This document shows positions 29,701 to 43,289 of a stretch of 64,000 nucleotides of DNA, one piece after another (the stretch's first letter is position 1; the number at the start of each line of letters is the position of its first letter). The stretch is from Tubiluchus corallicola. Its lineage: Eukaryota > Animalia > Priapulida. A program made the translations under genes and the position numbers. The notes below the pieces were generated by a model. It did no database searches and was not told the DNA's origin. It was given only the letters and a program-made list of their open reading frames with translations. Where the stretch lies: assembly GCA_030141605.1 (NCBI GenBank), contig JAQGDQ010000188.1, positions 124,001 to 188,000 on the forward strand, read 5' to 3'.

Positions 29701-30317
29701 TGCTTAGACAACCGGCTGATCAAAATTACCCGGAATGAAGCCATAATAAGGACAGCACAGATCTATATGACTAATGATACTATAAACTTGCCTATTGTGT
29801 CTCAAGAACGGTTGTCATTGCGCAATGACTAACCGATTTTCGTGTCTAGAAATTTCTTGCAAAATACACACTCTACTTCGGTTAACATGTACATGTACTT
29901 CATGAAGCGTACACAGTACACACATAAAAAATCTATTATATCTCATACGTCATAAATTTTCTTTATCTTAGTCTGCACGTGTGCAATGACTAGACTACTT
30001 TCCGAAAGTTTAATAAACTTTTTGCACAAAATTGTGAACTGGGCATTTTAGCTACTTTGCATCAATTCTTATTATACTTATTATTCTTATCTTCTATATC
30101 CCACAGTGACAAAAACGAATGTGCTGTATCACGATTAACGACTTTTAGGTGCTGTGTAGACGTCCATTATTATAAAAGCAAAGCCAGAATAAACGTATGA
30201 ACATCCAGATCCTTTATCAGCCATCTTATGTTTCAACTAAAACATGTTCCTAAACTCTAGTCTTTGTAAATGTCATCGCTGTGGGATTGTTTTCATGTGA
30301 TTTTATGTAGGCGCATC

Positions 30318-30689
30318 CAGGGCCTATTTCAAGAGGGGGGAAGTGGGGATACTTCCCCGGGGCCTCACGCCAAGGTAACATTTTTTTGCTTTATGCGAAC
30401 ATACTGCCTCCTCTCTCCCTCTTTCTCTCTCTTACCGCATTCGCGCCGTTTGCCAGTATTAACAAATATTAAGGACTGGCCTTGAGAATAAAGCAGTTTT
30501 TCTTTCAATTGTTCTTTCCTTTAACAACTGTATAACTCCATATTTTCTCTTCGAAAATGCTTCTCCGGCCTTCTAGCAGTTCAAAATTTTTCTGGGCGCC
30601 AACCATGGTGGCGCTCGCCCCCCCCCCCCCCCGATGGGGCCTCACACGCCCCACTTCCCCGGGCCTCGCTTAGGCTGAAATAGGCCCTG
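30318..30689. mobile_element. Non-autonomous hAT DNA transposon, young insertion
   Basis: Perfect 14-bp TIRs CAGGGCCTATTTCA / TGAAATAGGCCCTG and a perfect 8-bp TSD GGCGCATC at 30310-30317 and 30690-30697. Confidence 0.9.
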
Positions 30690-32639
30690 GGCGCATCATT
30701 TTAGATTAGAATTTAATTTTGTAATCTATATTTTTTCTCTGATTTTTTTACTCTGCAACGTTTACTGTCAAGTGAAAATTGTGCTGCAAGTTTCACCAGA
30801 GTAAATTAATATGGAAATTTGAATGCAGTTTTTCTGGAATAAACGTACATGCCAGTGAGATACAGATCATAATAAAGCTTCTCTTACTGACTACTGATAG
30901 TTGGCTACAGATGGCGCCAAAACACTTTAGTGCGTTAACGTTATTTCAAAACTGTTAAGGAAGCTTTGCGGGCTTTAGTTTGTGTAGACTATATTCAAAG
31001 CGGCTACATCGCGGCAGATGGCGCCACAATACAGTGTATTACTTATTACTTATGCGTATTATAAAATAATACTGCATGAAGCTCAAAATACAGGTTAAAG
31101 GAAAAAGAACTACAAACTGATATCATAAATTCACTAATAGTTACTAAATTTTCTACAAAGAAATGCACTTTATTTACACAACAATGCAAATTTCTGCATA
31201 AAAAATAACACACAAACGCATTAAAACAATTTTGTCTTTTTAACCAGTTAACACAGGACCAAAAACATGTATCAAAATTCAAAACATGATTATTATGAGT
31301 ATAAAACGTATAACGTAGGCTACCATGTATTTATACAAAAATTTATCTTGCAGCTTCACCTGCTAATTTTTACATTTCGTTGAACAGTATAGTTTTAGTG
31401 CAACAGGTACAAAATTATCATCATCGAAAATTGTGTACGTTCAAAACCTGCCTACTATACGAACAGTTTGACTGTAATCGTGTTCACATTATATAATTAT
31501 TAATTAGCATTAATATTATCAGCTGCTACATTCAGTGAGTCTTAAAACATGAGTACAATTACTTAAAGATAAACTATATTAGATCTACGTATACAAATAT
31601 ACTCATGTACGTTTCAAATAAGAGAGAGATAAGCTCAATTAAGTTGTGACATTAATTGCGCAGATAATAGTTTTATGCATTTTTCGTTTTTCACTATCTG
31701 GAATATCAGTACTATGCTAAAAATATGAATATTCTAGCTATTTGAATATTTAATACAGCACTAAAAATCAGCACTTCCAAACATGTCTATTACACAGAAA
31801 TTATAACATAGGCAGTACAGAACAAAAATGGATATGAAATTGTGGAGTTAAAGACATGCGCGTCATGAGTAAATGTGCACAATTGTAATCACTATTAGGA
31901 TATGTAGATTTCCCTGAGAATTCTAGTACGAAATAATCCAAAGGCAGTCATCTTAAGCTATTGTGTCATTAAATTAACTGATAAAAACATCGATTTAAAA
32001 ATGGACTCGACCTTAATTACAAAGGGTTACATGTATTGGCGGTCAAATTACCAACTCATGTAAAATACGAGTATTAAAAAATCGTACTTGCTCTATTTAG
32101 TGGCACAAAGTCTATGACCTATCTGAATTTCTACTTAAATAGTGTATTGTTAAAAAAAAGAAAAAAGAACGCTTCACAACTTTAATTGTTTAAAGGTTTT
32201 TACTGTGCTAAATCGTCCTGTGCTACTCATTGTCAAAAAAATAATAATACAGAAGCAATAATTTAAAAGTCAGAATCACATTGTTGCTTGAGCGGAGATA
32301 AATATAATAAATAAACGTGAACTAGTCTAACGTGTCTTATTAAATAGCCGTCATGTTAAGCAATAATAAAATTAAAAATAGACAAGCGTAAAATTACGGT
32401 CTTTGGTTTCAACACCAATGTTTCCAGAAATGTTTGTTTAGTTTCATAAGATCAGTAAACAAATTCACCGGAACTATTTCACAACTCAAACATACAACTC
32501 TAAACAAGCACTATAAACCTGCCTACATCATTATTAACACAGAAATCATAAGAAAATATAAAACCATGTATAATATTTTTGTATATAACTTATCAAAAAC
32601 ATAGAAAATATCAGATAGTGGTCTTGAAATGGCTGAAGT

Positions 32640-33990
32640 TCAAATGGCTGACACTGTCTTGCTTCCAAGAAAAATGTTGTGACTTGAGTTGTCAGTGTAA
32701 GACTTGGTATTGTTATTGGCACTGTAGTGATTCTGTGCATATATGTAGCTACCATTCACTGCAGGCGGTGCGTCGTACACAAGAGAATTTCCACTGGAAG
32801 TGGTCTGAACTCCGGAAGGCACTGCTTGATCCTGACCAGGACTAAAATCTCCAGGATCTGCAGGATCCGACCAAAATGTACCACTCGGCTGCAATAGGAC
32901 TCCATACTACAAAGATTAAAAATGTACCAATTAAAAAACTTAGGTATAACAGTAAACAGCTTAACTATAGGACAACAGAGCAGTTGCATTGAATGTTAGG
33001 GCACGCAAGGCTAATCAGTAACTTAGTCATATCAGTTTCAAATATATTACATTTTTGACCAACTGTAATTTTTTACAACGAAAATAACATAAAAAGCATA
33101 AAATTAAAAATAGCAATAAAATGCTGAAAATAAATCAAAAATTAGAAATTATAAATCATACTAATTAATTACTATGGTAGTACATTCAAAATCTCCATTT
33201 TACTCAAAATGTGCTCTGTGAAAATAGAACAAGCTATCATTCATTTGCAAAAAAATGGTATTAGCGAAAACTTCTACCCTCGAACCATAGTTCATAACTG
33301 CAAAGCCTACGAAATTAGAAAGAGCTAAACGTTTCGTGAACTCGAACTGAAAAGCATTTTCGTGGTTGAAATTGTGAAAACAGAACTTTCATCGCTGTCT
33401 AGTTTTGCCAATAATAAAGCCAAAATAAAGTTTAGAAATTGCTCAAGAGAAAGAAAAACACACCATATCTACCTTCATGTCGACATCACCAAATGTTTGT
33501 TCAAACTGATCGCCTCCAAACAGAGCCAACTCTGTGAGAGCACCATGTTGCTTCCCCAAGCTATCAGGCTTTAGATCGGAAACAATGGTGTGAGACGGTG
33601 AACTCTGGTCCTGTGAATCAGACGTCTGTGGTATTCCTTTTTCTAATGCTTCAAGTCGATCTATAACAGAGTTAAACTATTGCTCTACTGGTTTTTTTCT
33701 ATACCCTGTATTTATTTATTTATTCTATTTAACAATATTACAGAAATTATTGTTTTTCCAGTGTTGTTTATCTCAATGATTTGTAAATCTCACTGAAGAA
33801 TTTCCGATTAAGAAATTCAATTTTCACAAATAATAACATTAGCAAAATCACGCTTCAGTAATGGCATTACGATTCAGACAGGTCCACGAGGATCTAGTTC
33901 GTTATTAAAAATAAGCATAACTCATGTTGAAATGCGTCATTATACAATCATGCAGATAGCAACATATTTGAAAATTAACGTTGACATTTA

Positions 33991-34022
<32 letters not shown>

Positions 34023-34043
34023 GAAGAAGAAGAAGAAGAAGAA

Positions 34044-34118
<75 letters not shown>

Positions 34119-37100
34119 AATAATAATTTATGGAATAGTTTGAATGCATTTTACATGATGCTCAAATGCATTTTATCAGCAAAAGACCATCAATAAGAAC
34201 ACAATATCATAAATGTAAATTAATTCTTAAAATATTCCCCCCAAAAAATCCTAAAAAATGAATTCCTAAAATATATAAATCTGTTACACATAAAACCATT
34301 ACACCTTAATCGGTTAAAAATACATTGAATTCGGACAGAAAATGCACAAACGAATATCAACTCAGTTGCAGAAAACTTCATGAGAATAGTAAATTTTCTG
34401 TCCTTTTTAACACAATCAAGCGACTTAATAGACGTAATTGCAGCGACAGAGTTCCACGGTTTTCCACATATCGAATGGCACCCCACAATTTCACTGTATT
34501 TTGATTTTTAAAGTAGTACTTTTCTGTTTAGGCAACCAGTTTTACCTTATAAGTTACGTTCAATAATATGATATTTACTCAACTAAAATTTGCAACCCTT
34601 AAGCACCTGCGTTAGTGTAAAATGTGTCGAGAGCTGGGCGACTTGTTTGTAAAACACTTGTAGAATCTAAAATGTATCTACGATTCTAGATTTAATTAAT
34701 TTAAATGACTAAGTCTAAATCATCCAAGCACAAAAAATCTAATTAAAAAAGTAAATACAAACCAGGATGAGCCATAGCGCGTTTTATAGCTATTGGATCT
34801 TTCTTTCTCCACTTTAAACACTCCTCTTCCATTTTCTCAATCTTGGCAGGATTTAGTGCCCAAAGGCACCCCTTCCTGGCGTTACCCTGGCCTACGGGTC
34901 GCTCAATCTTCTCAAAGCATTTGTTAAGAGATAAATTATGTCTAACTGAATTCTGAAAGCATAAATGAACAGGATAAATAGCTAGTAACGATGTATTTCC
35001 ATAATGTTTATAAAATAGTATCCATACATACAATCACACTAAATCATATTAGATAACCACTAATTTACTGTGTTAACCACTATAGGCGCTGTAACTGGAG
35101 AAAATCTGTATTTTAGGAGAACACGGCACTTTTGTTTCTAACTATGTGCAAAGAGGAAATCAAGAAAAGACCTGATAAATTTTCTGCTCGTAAGACATTC
35201 GAAGCCAGAAATTCTGCTGCATCTAAGTCATTAGTTTTACTATATGTATGTCATACATGTAGGATAATGGACGCACGCTGATTCCTCTAACAGCCTGACG
35301 AAACAACTCTATAACGCATATAACATGGCAAACTTCTGAGTTCGGAAAATTCAGAAATTTCCATGGCGCAATGGTTAACACAGTCAGAGTCTCAGCAGAA
35401 GCAAAAATCGTTGTGCTTTCCTATTTATTTACTATAACTAAAAAATTATCAATAGAGTTACCAAGTCTAAACTTATTTCGAGAGACAAAACTAAAGTGTG
35501 AAGCACAAAAATGTTATTTACAGACTGGAATACTATTAAAAACCTGAAAATCTACAAATTAATATGTTTGTCACTAGAAAGTTTTCTGTGACAAATTTCG
35601 ATTACAGATAAATATGCTTTTAGAATGGAAAAAGCACAAGTTTCCACGAAACGTTTCGCTCGTTCAGAAGTCAAAACCTCTCACGAGCAACTAAGCCATG
35701 TCTTATAAATGCCAACGCTTGAACGCGCCACCGAAAACGTTCTCGTGCGAATTAAGCTTAACAATCTTACCTTCCATCCTGCCGGTGCTGTCTTGAAGTA
35801 CGGAAAGTTTTCTCTGAAAAAAATACGCATTAATATAGTTAAGATGAAATTATTATTATTTATTTTCGTTTACTTAACATCCAATAGTACCGAAAGTTTT
35901 AATGAAAGTTCTGACCACTTTGGCCTTCACCAGTCACTGAAATACAAGCTCAATGATGGAGGACAGACATCACCTGTTGAAGGAGAATTGGGTTCTGGGA
36001 ACGAAACGTTTAAAGTATGAAAAGGAAAGGGCATTAAAGCACTATCGCATTAATTTGAGACATCATACACTCTGTTATTAAGCGCTTTCCGGTGATCAAT
36101 ATTCAGTACTAATCAATAATTCAAGATCAGGATAATATCTATACTGACCAGACAAATTGCTTTTATTACAAAAAACTAAAGTTCTGCATGTGTCAATGCT
36201 GATGGATCTTTACAAATATTCTTGTTTTTTCCTCTTCTTTACTCTTTCCCTTTTATTTCTCATAACAGCATTTTGTGGAGAATCAATTACAAATACGCTT
36301 ACAATAAATGAATATTTGTAACGATTTTTGTTGGCATAATAATATTATACATAGTGTCTATAAAACTGCATATGAATTAAGCAGATCCAATTCTGTTCAC
36401 CCTCTAGTTCTATGGCTAGTTTTGCATGGCGAGTGTACGTGCATTGGACTTTGACCACCATGTGCACCCGTTAAGCATTTTTGAAGTGTACTTTGACCAT
36501 TCAACCATGTTTAACTGTTTACTCTTTAGTCAACTTATCAAACAGTAGCAGCTGGTCTGGTAGATGATAAGAAAAATAATGGGCATTTTTCCAAGTTTTA
36601 CGTGCAATGAGTCACTGCAGTTTCATCATCGTCATCACCATCGTCATCATGAATATTATTTTATAATCATCGACAACTCAAAAATCTAAAATTAACTGAC
36701 TTATTTTCACCGTGTGCCAGTTTGTGTTAGCTCAGAAACAACTGAATAACATTATTTCTAAAAATTAAAAGTACGCATTTAATTTTATTTAAAGGTCCAG
36801 TACGCATATTTTGTTTCCCTTATGTATAGGCACTTGTAGATGCACGTAACAGATTTAAATCTTGCATATGGTGGCCTATTTTCAACTATACATTTTTACG
36901 GGGCGTTTTTTGCAAAGGCATGGCACGTATGTAACGCACTCAAATACTTCATTCGTTCAGGTAATCATAGTTTCCATATTCTATAAATTTTTATCATTAC
37001 AAACGGCAGAACTAACCGCAAGTTTTGAATTCCCGCACAACAACGTTATGAATGGAATGACGTTCGTCGCGGTTTATGATTTCTTTGTGATTATTTCAGC

Positions 37101-38814
37101 TTAGTTTCTATTCAGGGAGGCAGTCATTTAAAAACCGTTGGAGCTACTTATATGACGTGACGGTTTAAAGGTTCCGTGGTCAGGTAGGCTTAGCACCTGC
37201 TCCCACCTGCCTGTCATTTTACTAGCTAGCGAAACGTAAAACACAAGTGGTGAAAGTTAAATCTGTAACTGATTTTTCGCGCAGCCTTGCATTACAACTG
37301 TCGTTTTGTTGTATGGGGACGTGGAACGTTAAAGTGTCGAGGATTAGGTCAACAGAAAAACCTCAGCAACAGAGATTTAAACTGAAAATGAAGGTCTAGC
37401 AAATATGAGGAACAGCGTAAACGTCTATGTGCTCATGGTCGCTGAAACTTTAGCTAAACAACAAATAATTGCTACAACAAAAGTTTCATAACAAACAAAT
37501 TAAAATCATCAACGTTTCAAAATGATCTACAGTTGAGTTTAAAAAAGGTCACGAGAAAAATAAATAATGTGGGGACAAATGATTTACATAACACGTTATT
37601 TTGTTGTAATTAAAAAATAATTAATTTACGCAACAAAATAAGTAGAAATATTCCATTAGTTAAGTGTTACAACATAATAATTAAAAATATTACCTGCCCC
37701 AAAAAACTTGAATTTATTTAGTTTCACTGCCATCAGTGTATGTACGCCAAATAACTGTAAAGTCAGCAATTTTTTTAAAAAACCTAAAAAATTTTGCCCG
37801 GCTTAATTTTTTACACGAGCACTGAGCTATCTATTTTTTTTAAAGTCAATTAACTGGCTTTTTATACTGAAGGTCAGTGTGCATGTTTACAGTGTGCAAA
37901 ATGCAGACCGTTAGAAAAAAACAAATGTGTTTTCTCAATTATTATTTAAAAATCAGTCTCGACCTTACTCCAAATAATAGATATCACGCTAAAAATTAGA
38001 CACGGCTAATAGAAAATTAGATAAATGTTACACATCCTAACAGATTTTTAAAACCTTTATTGTTGGTTTTGGACCAGTTGATAACAGTCTCGAGTTTTAT
38101 CTAATTTTTGTGTTGGATATAACAGAATTTTTCCTCCCGTAATTGTAATAAATCATCAACTTCTCAGTTCACTTGTAAATTACAAGTGCTACAGCAAAAC
38201 AAAACTTACATCATGAAATTGTAGATCTCACTCACTGGTAGACAACCTGTCTTACAGTTTTTCAGTGCCATTGCAATCAAGCAACTGTAGGAATAGGCAG
38301 GCTTGTCCCATTTCTTTTGAACTTCCCCAAGTTTATGATCACGTTGCTGAGACTGAACAAGAGCGAGATTAATAGACGAAGGATTCGTTTGCCTATGCTG
38401 AGAGTATAACGGCGGAGGTTGCAGAGTTATAGTTCGTGGCGGGCTATCAAAATTGTGTAAACTATATGGTGGTGGTGGCTCGCTAGATTGCGGTAACCCT
38501 GTTTGTGGATCTACCATAATGTTTCTTACGTCACTACTCATCTGCTGAAAACTAGTCATGTCGATATTATTTGCCCAAGAAAGAGCATCATTTGACACGT
38601 TTTGATGTGGCCAGCCACGAAATAATGTCAGTTGTTGTTCGCCAGAGTTCAAGTCGTGCGCACCGTTACTAACCAGCAACTGTTGCTGTTGCTGCTGCTG
38701 TTGTTCTAACGGTGGTGATTGCATATCACATTCTATCATGTCTTGGAGTGACATGGTATCATGCCTGTGTTGACCGTGGTGCGCTGCTATTTGAGTTCCA
38801 TTGTAGTAATCCAT
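32640..38814 (-). CDS. FoxN1/4: Forkhead box N1/4 transcription factor, about 424 aa
   Basis: Exons on -: 38814-38210 (MDYYNG...polyQ...[31 protein letters not shown]), 35813-35771 ([14 protein letters not shown]), 34952-34763 ([17 protein letters not shown]...[38 protein letters not shown]), 33660-33473 and 32888-32640. Total 1275 nt in frame. The forkhead motifs and the post-domain [14 protein letters not shown] segment are diagnostic of FoxN1/FoxN4. The start codon is uncertain. Confidence 0.93.
33991..34126. repeat. (GAT)n(GAA)n(GAT)n trinucleotide microsatellite in a FoxN intron
   Basis: Directly visible; source of the spurious poly-D/E ORF. Confidence 0.95.
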
Positions 38815-40294
38815 TCCACCGATGTTTCCTTGGGGTTTTCTAAAACCAGACGCAAATATTATTACAGTAAACAAGACTGTGTCGTAATCAAAGACAGTGT
38901 TAACAATATTGGAAAGTTCAACCCTGATATTTAAGACGAATAATTATATTGACAATTATCAGAAGGCATAAGATAAAAAAACAGCTCATACTAATACATT
39001 TCGTTTAATTAAGCCTGTTATAATTAATCACTGGCGTAACAGTTTTTTCTACAAGTTTTTTACAAAAATTTTAAGCTCTATTAGTAAACTACCCAACGCT
39101 GATTACTCTGATTTGGAATGGCTATGGAATGGTAAAATAAAAAGGAAATAAGATGTATGATTCTCTATACACTTATATAATTTGCAATGACTTATCCTTT
39201 TTGAAAACTATTATTTTGGCATTAGATTTTACGTTGAGAAACATAAGCGCTTTTAATTATGCCTCATTTAAACGAGGTACAAGCCTTTAGTTGTTAGAAT
39301 TAGTAAAAGTGCAATATAAGCCTATTGACTCATGATCATAAAATTAAACCTATATCGAAAATTTAAGTTCTCCTTCAGCTATGATGACTCCTTCAGTTGT
39401 GTGAATAAAATTTTAATTATTGATTTTTGTCTGGTCTAGTGCCTGTTTCTACTGTAGTTGCTGTACAATATGAATTTATATAATTAAGTCTACGTTATAA
39501 ATTGAAGCCTGAAATTCCACCAAAGGTACTTTAAACCAAAAAAAATTAAGAACACCAAAAATCTATTAGCTTCATTTTGAATTAGTAACGTGTGTGTCTC
39601 TAGGTCTAGGCGTAAACAAATGGCTATAATATGTACACTGATGTATCGTACTGAAACACTATACGGAAGGTGTAACCAATCGTCTGCAGTTCAAGTTTAA
39701 AGTTTTCCACAGTGCTGAGTGCTCCTATAATTTATTTTACGCATGATATTATATTCGAAAAATCACCTGTATAATATAAAAAATATACTATATGTTCATA
39801 ACCAAAAATTGAAGCCCTCACGCGTGCCTATAAAATTTTTTTATAATAGCGTATGTTAACTGTGATGAAAAAGTAATGATAATCTGATTCTGACCGAACT
39901 AGTTAAAAATTAGCTGTATAGGCCTATATTGTTGCAGTCTAAGCAGCCTCAAATTGCCTTATATAAGTTTGAAAATATAATCCATTAAATTTTCATTTGC
40001 TAATTATAACTGAAGATGATAATCTGAAAAGTTGTTAAAATTGAAATTGCACAAGTAGTTTAAACAAAAGCAAATTTAAAAATTCTTCCTTACCAGTTAC
40101 ACCTGAATTTGTGTCGTGTAGTTTTCACAGTTAAAAAATCCAGGCAGACTGAAGAAAAATCATGTTCACTTGTGCAGCACTGAAATGTTATTACTTGCAG
40201 CTCCCAGATTAGAATTTTACTACGCTCCATGGCATTCCAATAGTAATGACTTGTAGTACTACTAGAGTAACGTTGTAAATTGACCTCCAGGACA

Positions 40295-40370
40295 AAGAAT
40301 TTGAAATATGGTGTTGGGATTGGTCGCCCTGGCACGTGACTAGCCCACCTCCGCCAGCATTGGTTAATTC
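40295..40370 (-). promoter_or_regulatory. Probable FoxN1/4 promoter
   Basis: Two CCAAT boxes 40 bp apart (40319-40323 and 40359-40363), a GTCACGTG E-box, a GGCGGAG GC-box and TTTGAA. These lie upstream of a candidate first exon ending at the donor TG|GTAAG at 40094. Confidence 0.5.
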
Positions 40371-41560
40371 GAACTCACCATATAAATATACACTTGTAGG
40401 GCGCATTATACTGCATGCATTGACGGTGCAATGGGTGCATGCATGGCTGATAAAGTTCATTTGAGTAAAAACACGTGTGTCCGCCGAATCCAGGGAGTTG
40501 GATTTTAAATAGTGAAAAAGCTATAATGAACTTTAAGAAAATTACTAAAATAAAAATACTTAGCATAGCATATAGCTTTTCTATTGTTAAAATAATACAA
40601 GTAAATCAAAGTAGCAGGTTAGTATACTCTTTGCGGCATGTACTGAAGCAATGGCGTACAATTTTGAGTGATAAAAACAGTTGAATGAGTTTATTACGAA
40701 ATTTTTCAGTTATTACTGTCTAATTTTTTTGTGTATGTGGATAATTCTTTGTTATTGCCGTCAACATTGTTAAATAAACTTAGATTAGTTTTAAGTTTAT
40801 ACATGCTGGTAGTTCAGTTAATAAGTCATAAGCCCAAATCGTCACCTTTTCTGCTTGTTGTTATTCAATTTTAATTTTTTAATCAATTCAATTCTCTTTT
40901 ATTTGACAAAATACATACAATGTACATTGGCAAAGCAATATAATACAATCGGTTTATACGATAGTTTAGTAAATATTGTTAAGTAAAAATTAAATAAATC
41001 TGTTTTTATATAATAACCCACAGTGATAGCTGCATAACATTACATCGATACCAAAACTAATTTTTAAAGAGCTATGCACCACTCACTAAAAATTTTCTGC
41101 AAAATGACAAGCACCTTTTAGATTGAAAATAAAAAATATTGAATTCGGGCATGCGTCTGACATAATTATACGTACCGTAAGGAGGTTACAAGTATGACAC
41201 GTAATATAAATAACATGTAATATTACATACACTGTGCTTTTTTATAATCTACATATTATTTGAAGATCTTTTATTGCATTATTATTATTAATAAGCTATT
41301 GCTATAATTAATAAGGAACTATACATAATTACATACGCACAATATAATTGATCATAAAATTTTCGATACTAACTACTGACAATAATGTTATCATCGAAAG
41401 CCTGCATGTGGCAAAAAAATATTGCTCAAATTAACTCTGACGAAATCATTTTCAGGAAATCGAGGTTAAGCGAAAATTTCATCTGTAAGATTGGGTGAGT
41501 TTATAATTGACAATTACATTACGCTGATGTATGCCAAATGTTCCATATATATATATATAT

Positions 41561-41650
41561 ATGTTGGTCAGTAAACTATATATTTATATGCATATATATA
41601 TATATATATATATATATGTGCATATAAATATATAGTTTACTGACCAACAT
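41561..41650. repeat. 90-bp palindrome with an (AT)n core
   Basis: 32-bp perfect arms ATGTTGGTCAGTAAACTATATATTTATATGCA / TGCATATAAATATATAGTTTACTGACCAACAT around an (AT)n loop, preceded by another (AT)n run. Confidence 0.9.
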
Positions 41651-41859
41651 TTTCTACAGCCATCTAATTTAGCAAAATACACAACATATAAAACAATTTG
41701 TTCAGTGACAAGCAAGACAAGACACATTACTATATGACATATAATTTTAGCACGACATTAATTATTAATTACAATCGTGAAAATTTATTGAAGTAAATGA
41801 GTTAATTAAAGATTACTATTTTCACAAAATTTCGTTTTATTTATAGTGAGTTGTGTCGT

Positions 41860-42030
41860 ATAAAATGGATACCTTGAACATAATCAGTATTTAGTTTCGG
41901 GACATTCTAGCACATCATGATTAGGATTTGAACAGCATTCAAATTGCAAAATTGACATATTCTGTTCTCCCGTGACATCCTTCCCCACCTGCTAATCTCA
42001 GTTATTACATCAACAGACAATTGTAAAGGT
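41860..42030 (-). mobile_element. 3' remnant of a non-LTR retrotransposon ORF2 (C-terminal CCHC zinc knuckle, RTEX/L2-like)
   Basis: Minus-strand translation EISRWGRMSRENRICQFCNLNAVQ, then a frameshift, then HDVLECPETKY. This matches the ExGRWxxxxRExRxCxxC...HxxxxCP motif at the end of LINE ORF2 proteins. Confidence 0.6.
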
Positions 42031-43289
42031 AGGTATATAGTACTATATAAAGGTTTTAGAAATACATGGCAGTTGACTAAACATAAAAAATAATAACGAA
42101 TGCAAAATTTCGCAAAAGATAAAACACATTTACTGGTATTTTCCGTTATCCCACACAATTTATCAGGTAGTGGTAACGGACTTAGCGTGTGTTGCAGAGA
42201 AGACGCAATTGAAGCCTGGGTGATTGGAACCTCTTCGTTGTTGTTTTGATTGGAGAAAATTATTTGCTAATATCCGAAGATATATAATTTTCAAATTGAC
42301 CATCATTCGTGCAGAACCCCGAAGTAACCCAAATAGAAGGAGGTCGAAAGGCAGATAGCTTTCAATCCCATCATTTATTCCCAAACCGAAAACCCATAAC
42401 GTTGAACGTAGCTAGAAAATTATAAATTTTTGAAATGAAACTCACTCTAGCAAAATGAGTAAGTCGGACTTTCCGGCTTTCATGCAGCTTATAAGTGGTG
42501 GGTTTGGGGTTTAGAGGTTTTGATACCCCCCTAAAAATAAGCTAAATTTCAGTGGAGACAGACGATTTCAATGGAGGGGCTACGGCAGAAGGGGAAAACG
42601 GGATCCCCATATTATGCTAGATCAGCCCGTACAATTATTACATGAAAGTAGTCTTAAAATTGATGTCTATGTGATGTTACCTTGCTAAAACAGAGGCATG
42701 GGATTGGCAGTCTCTGCTAGAAACCACTAATTATGGAGTACGGTACCCTTATTAAACTAGAATAGCCCACAAAGTTATTAACTGGAATTGACCTTTAAAG
42801 TATTACAAATTATGTCAGCATGCTAAAATAAAATCCAGAAAACTGTCACCTGGCAAATCCTAATACCCTTCACCGGGTCTCCAAGGCCGACGAGTAGGCG
42901 AATACCCTCAAGCAAGCTACTGTGTGAAACTCAATAATTGTCAGGTAATTTTAGATTGCAGATCTATTGACAAGGGGTCATTAAAATGACTTTTTCTTCA
43001 CAACCACCAATGCAACATCTTCAGTGATCAATGCATCTTCGGAATCCAGTTGGTAATCCTTACAGACTGATGAACTGCTGTTTAGGACATGAAGTCTCAT
43101 GGACAAGACCAAGCTGAATGGTTCTCCTCTTCTACCATGTACCTTGCTCCTGCCACAAATGTTGTGTCTCTACACAGATAATGGTAACGTCCAATATTCA
43201 AAAGAACTTCTACATCAGAGGAGCATATGGAATTTATTTAGTTTCTTCTGGTCACTTGTTGGTATTTCAACATTGCAGTCTGAAGCATG

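Noticed and set aside
33981-34196. Poly-Asp/Glu ORF
   Set aside because: It is a (GAT)n/(GAA)n microsatellite in a FoxN intron, with no coding context.
35362-35405. TGGCGCAATGG tRNA A-box-like motif
   Set aside because: No B-box or cloverleaf; at most a SINE remnant.
42980-43255. Possible RTE-type LINE 3' remnant
   Set aside because: The resemblance is only vague and no motif can be read with confidence.
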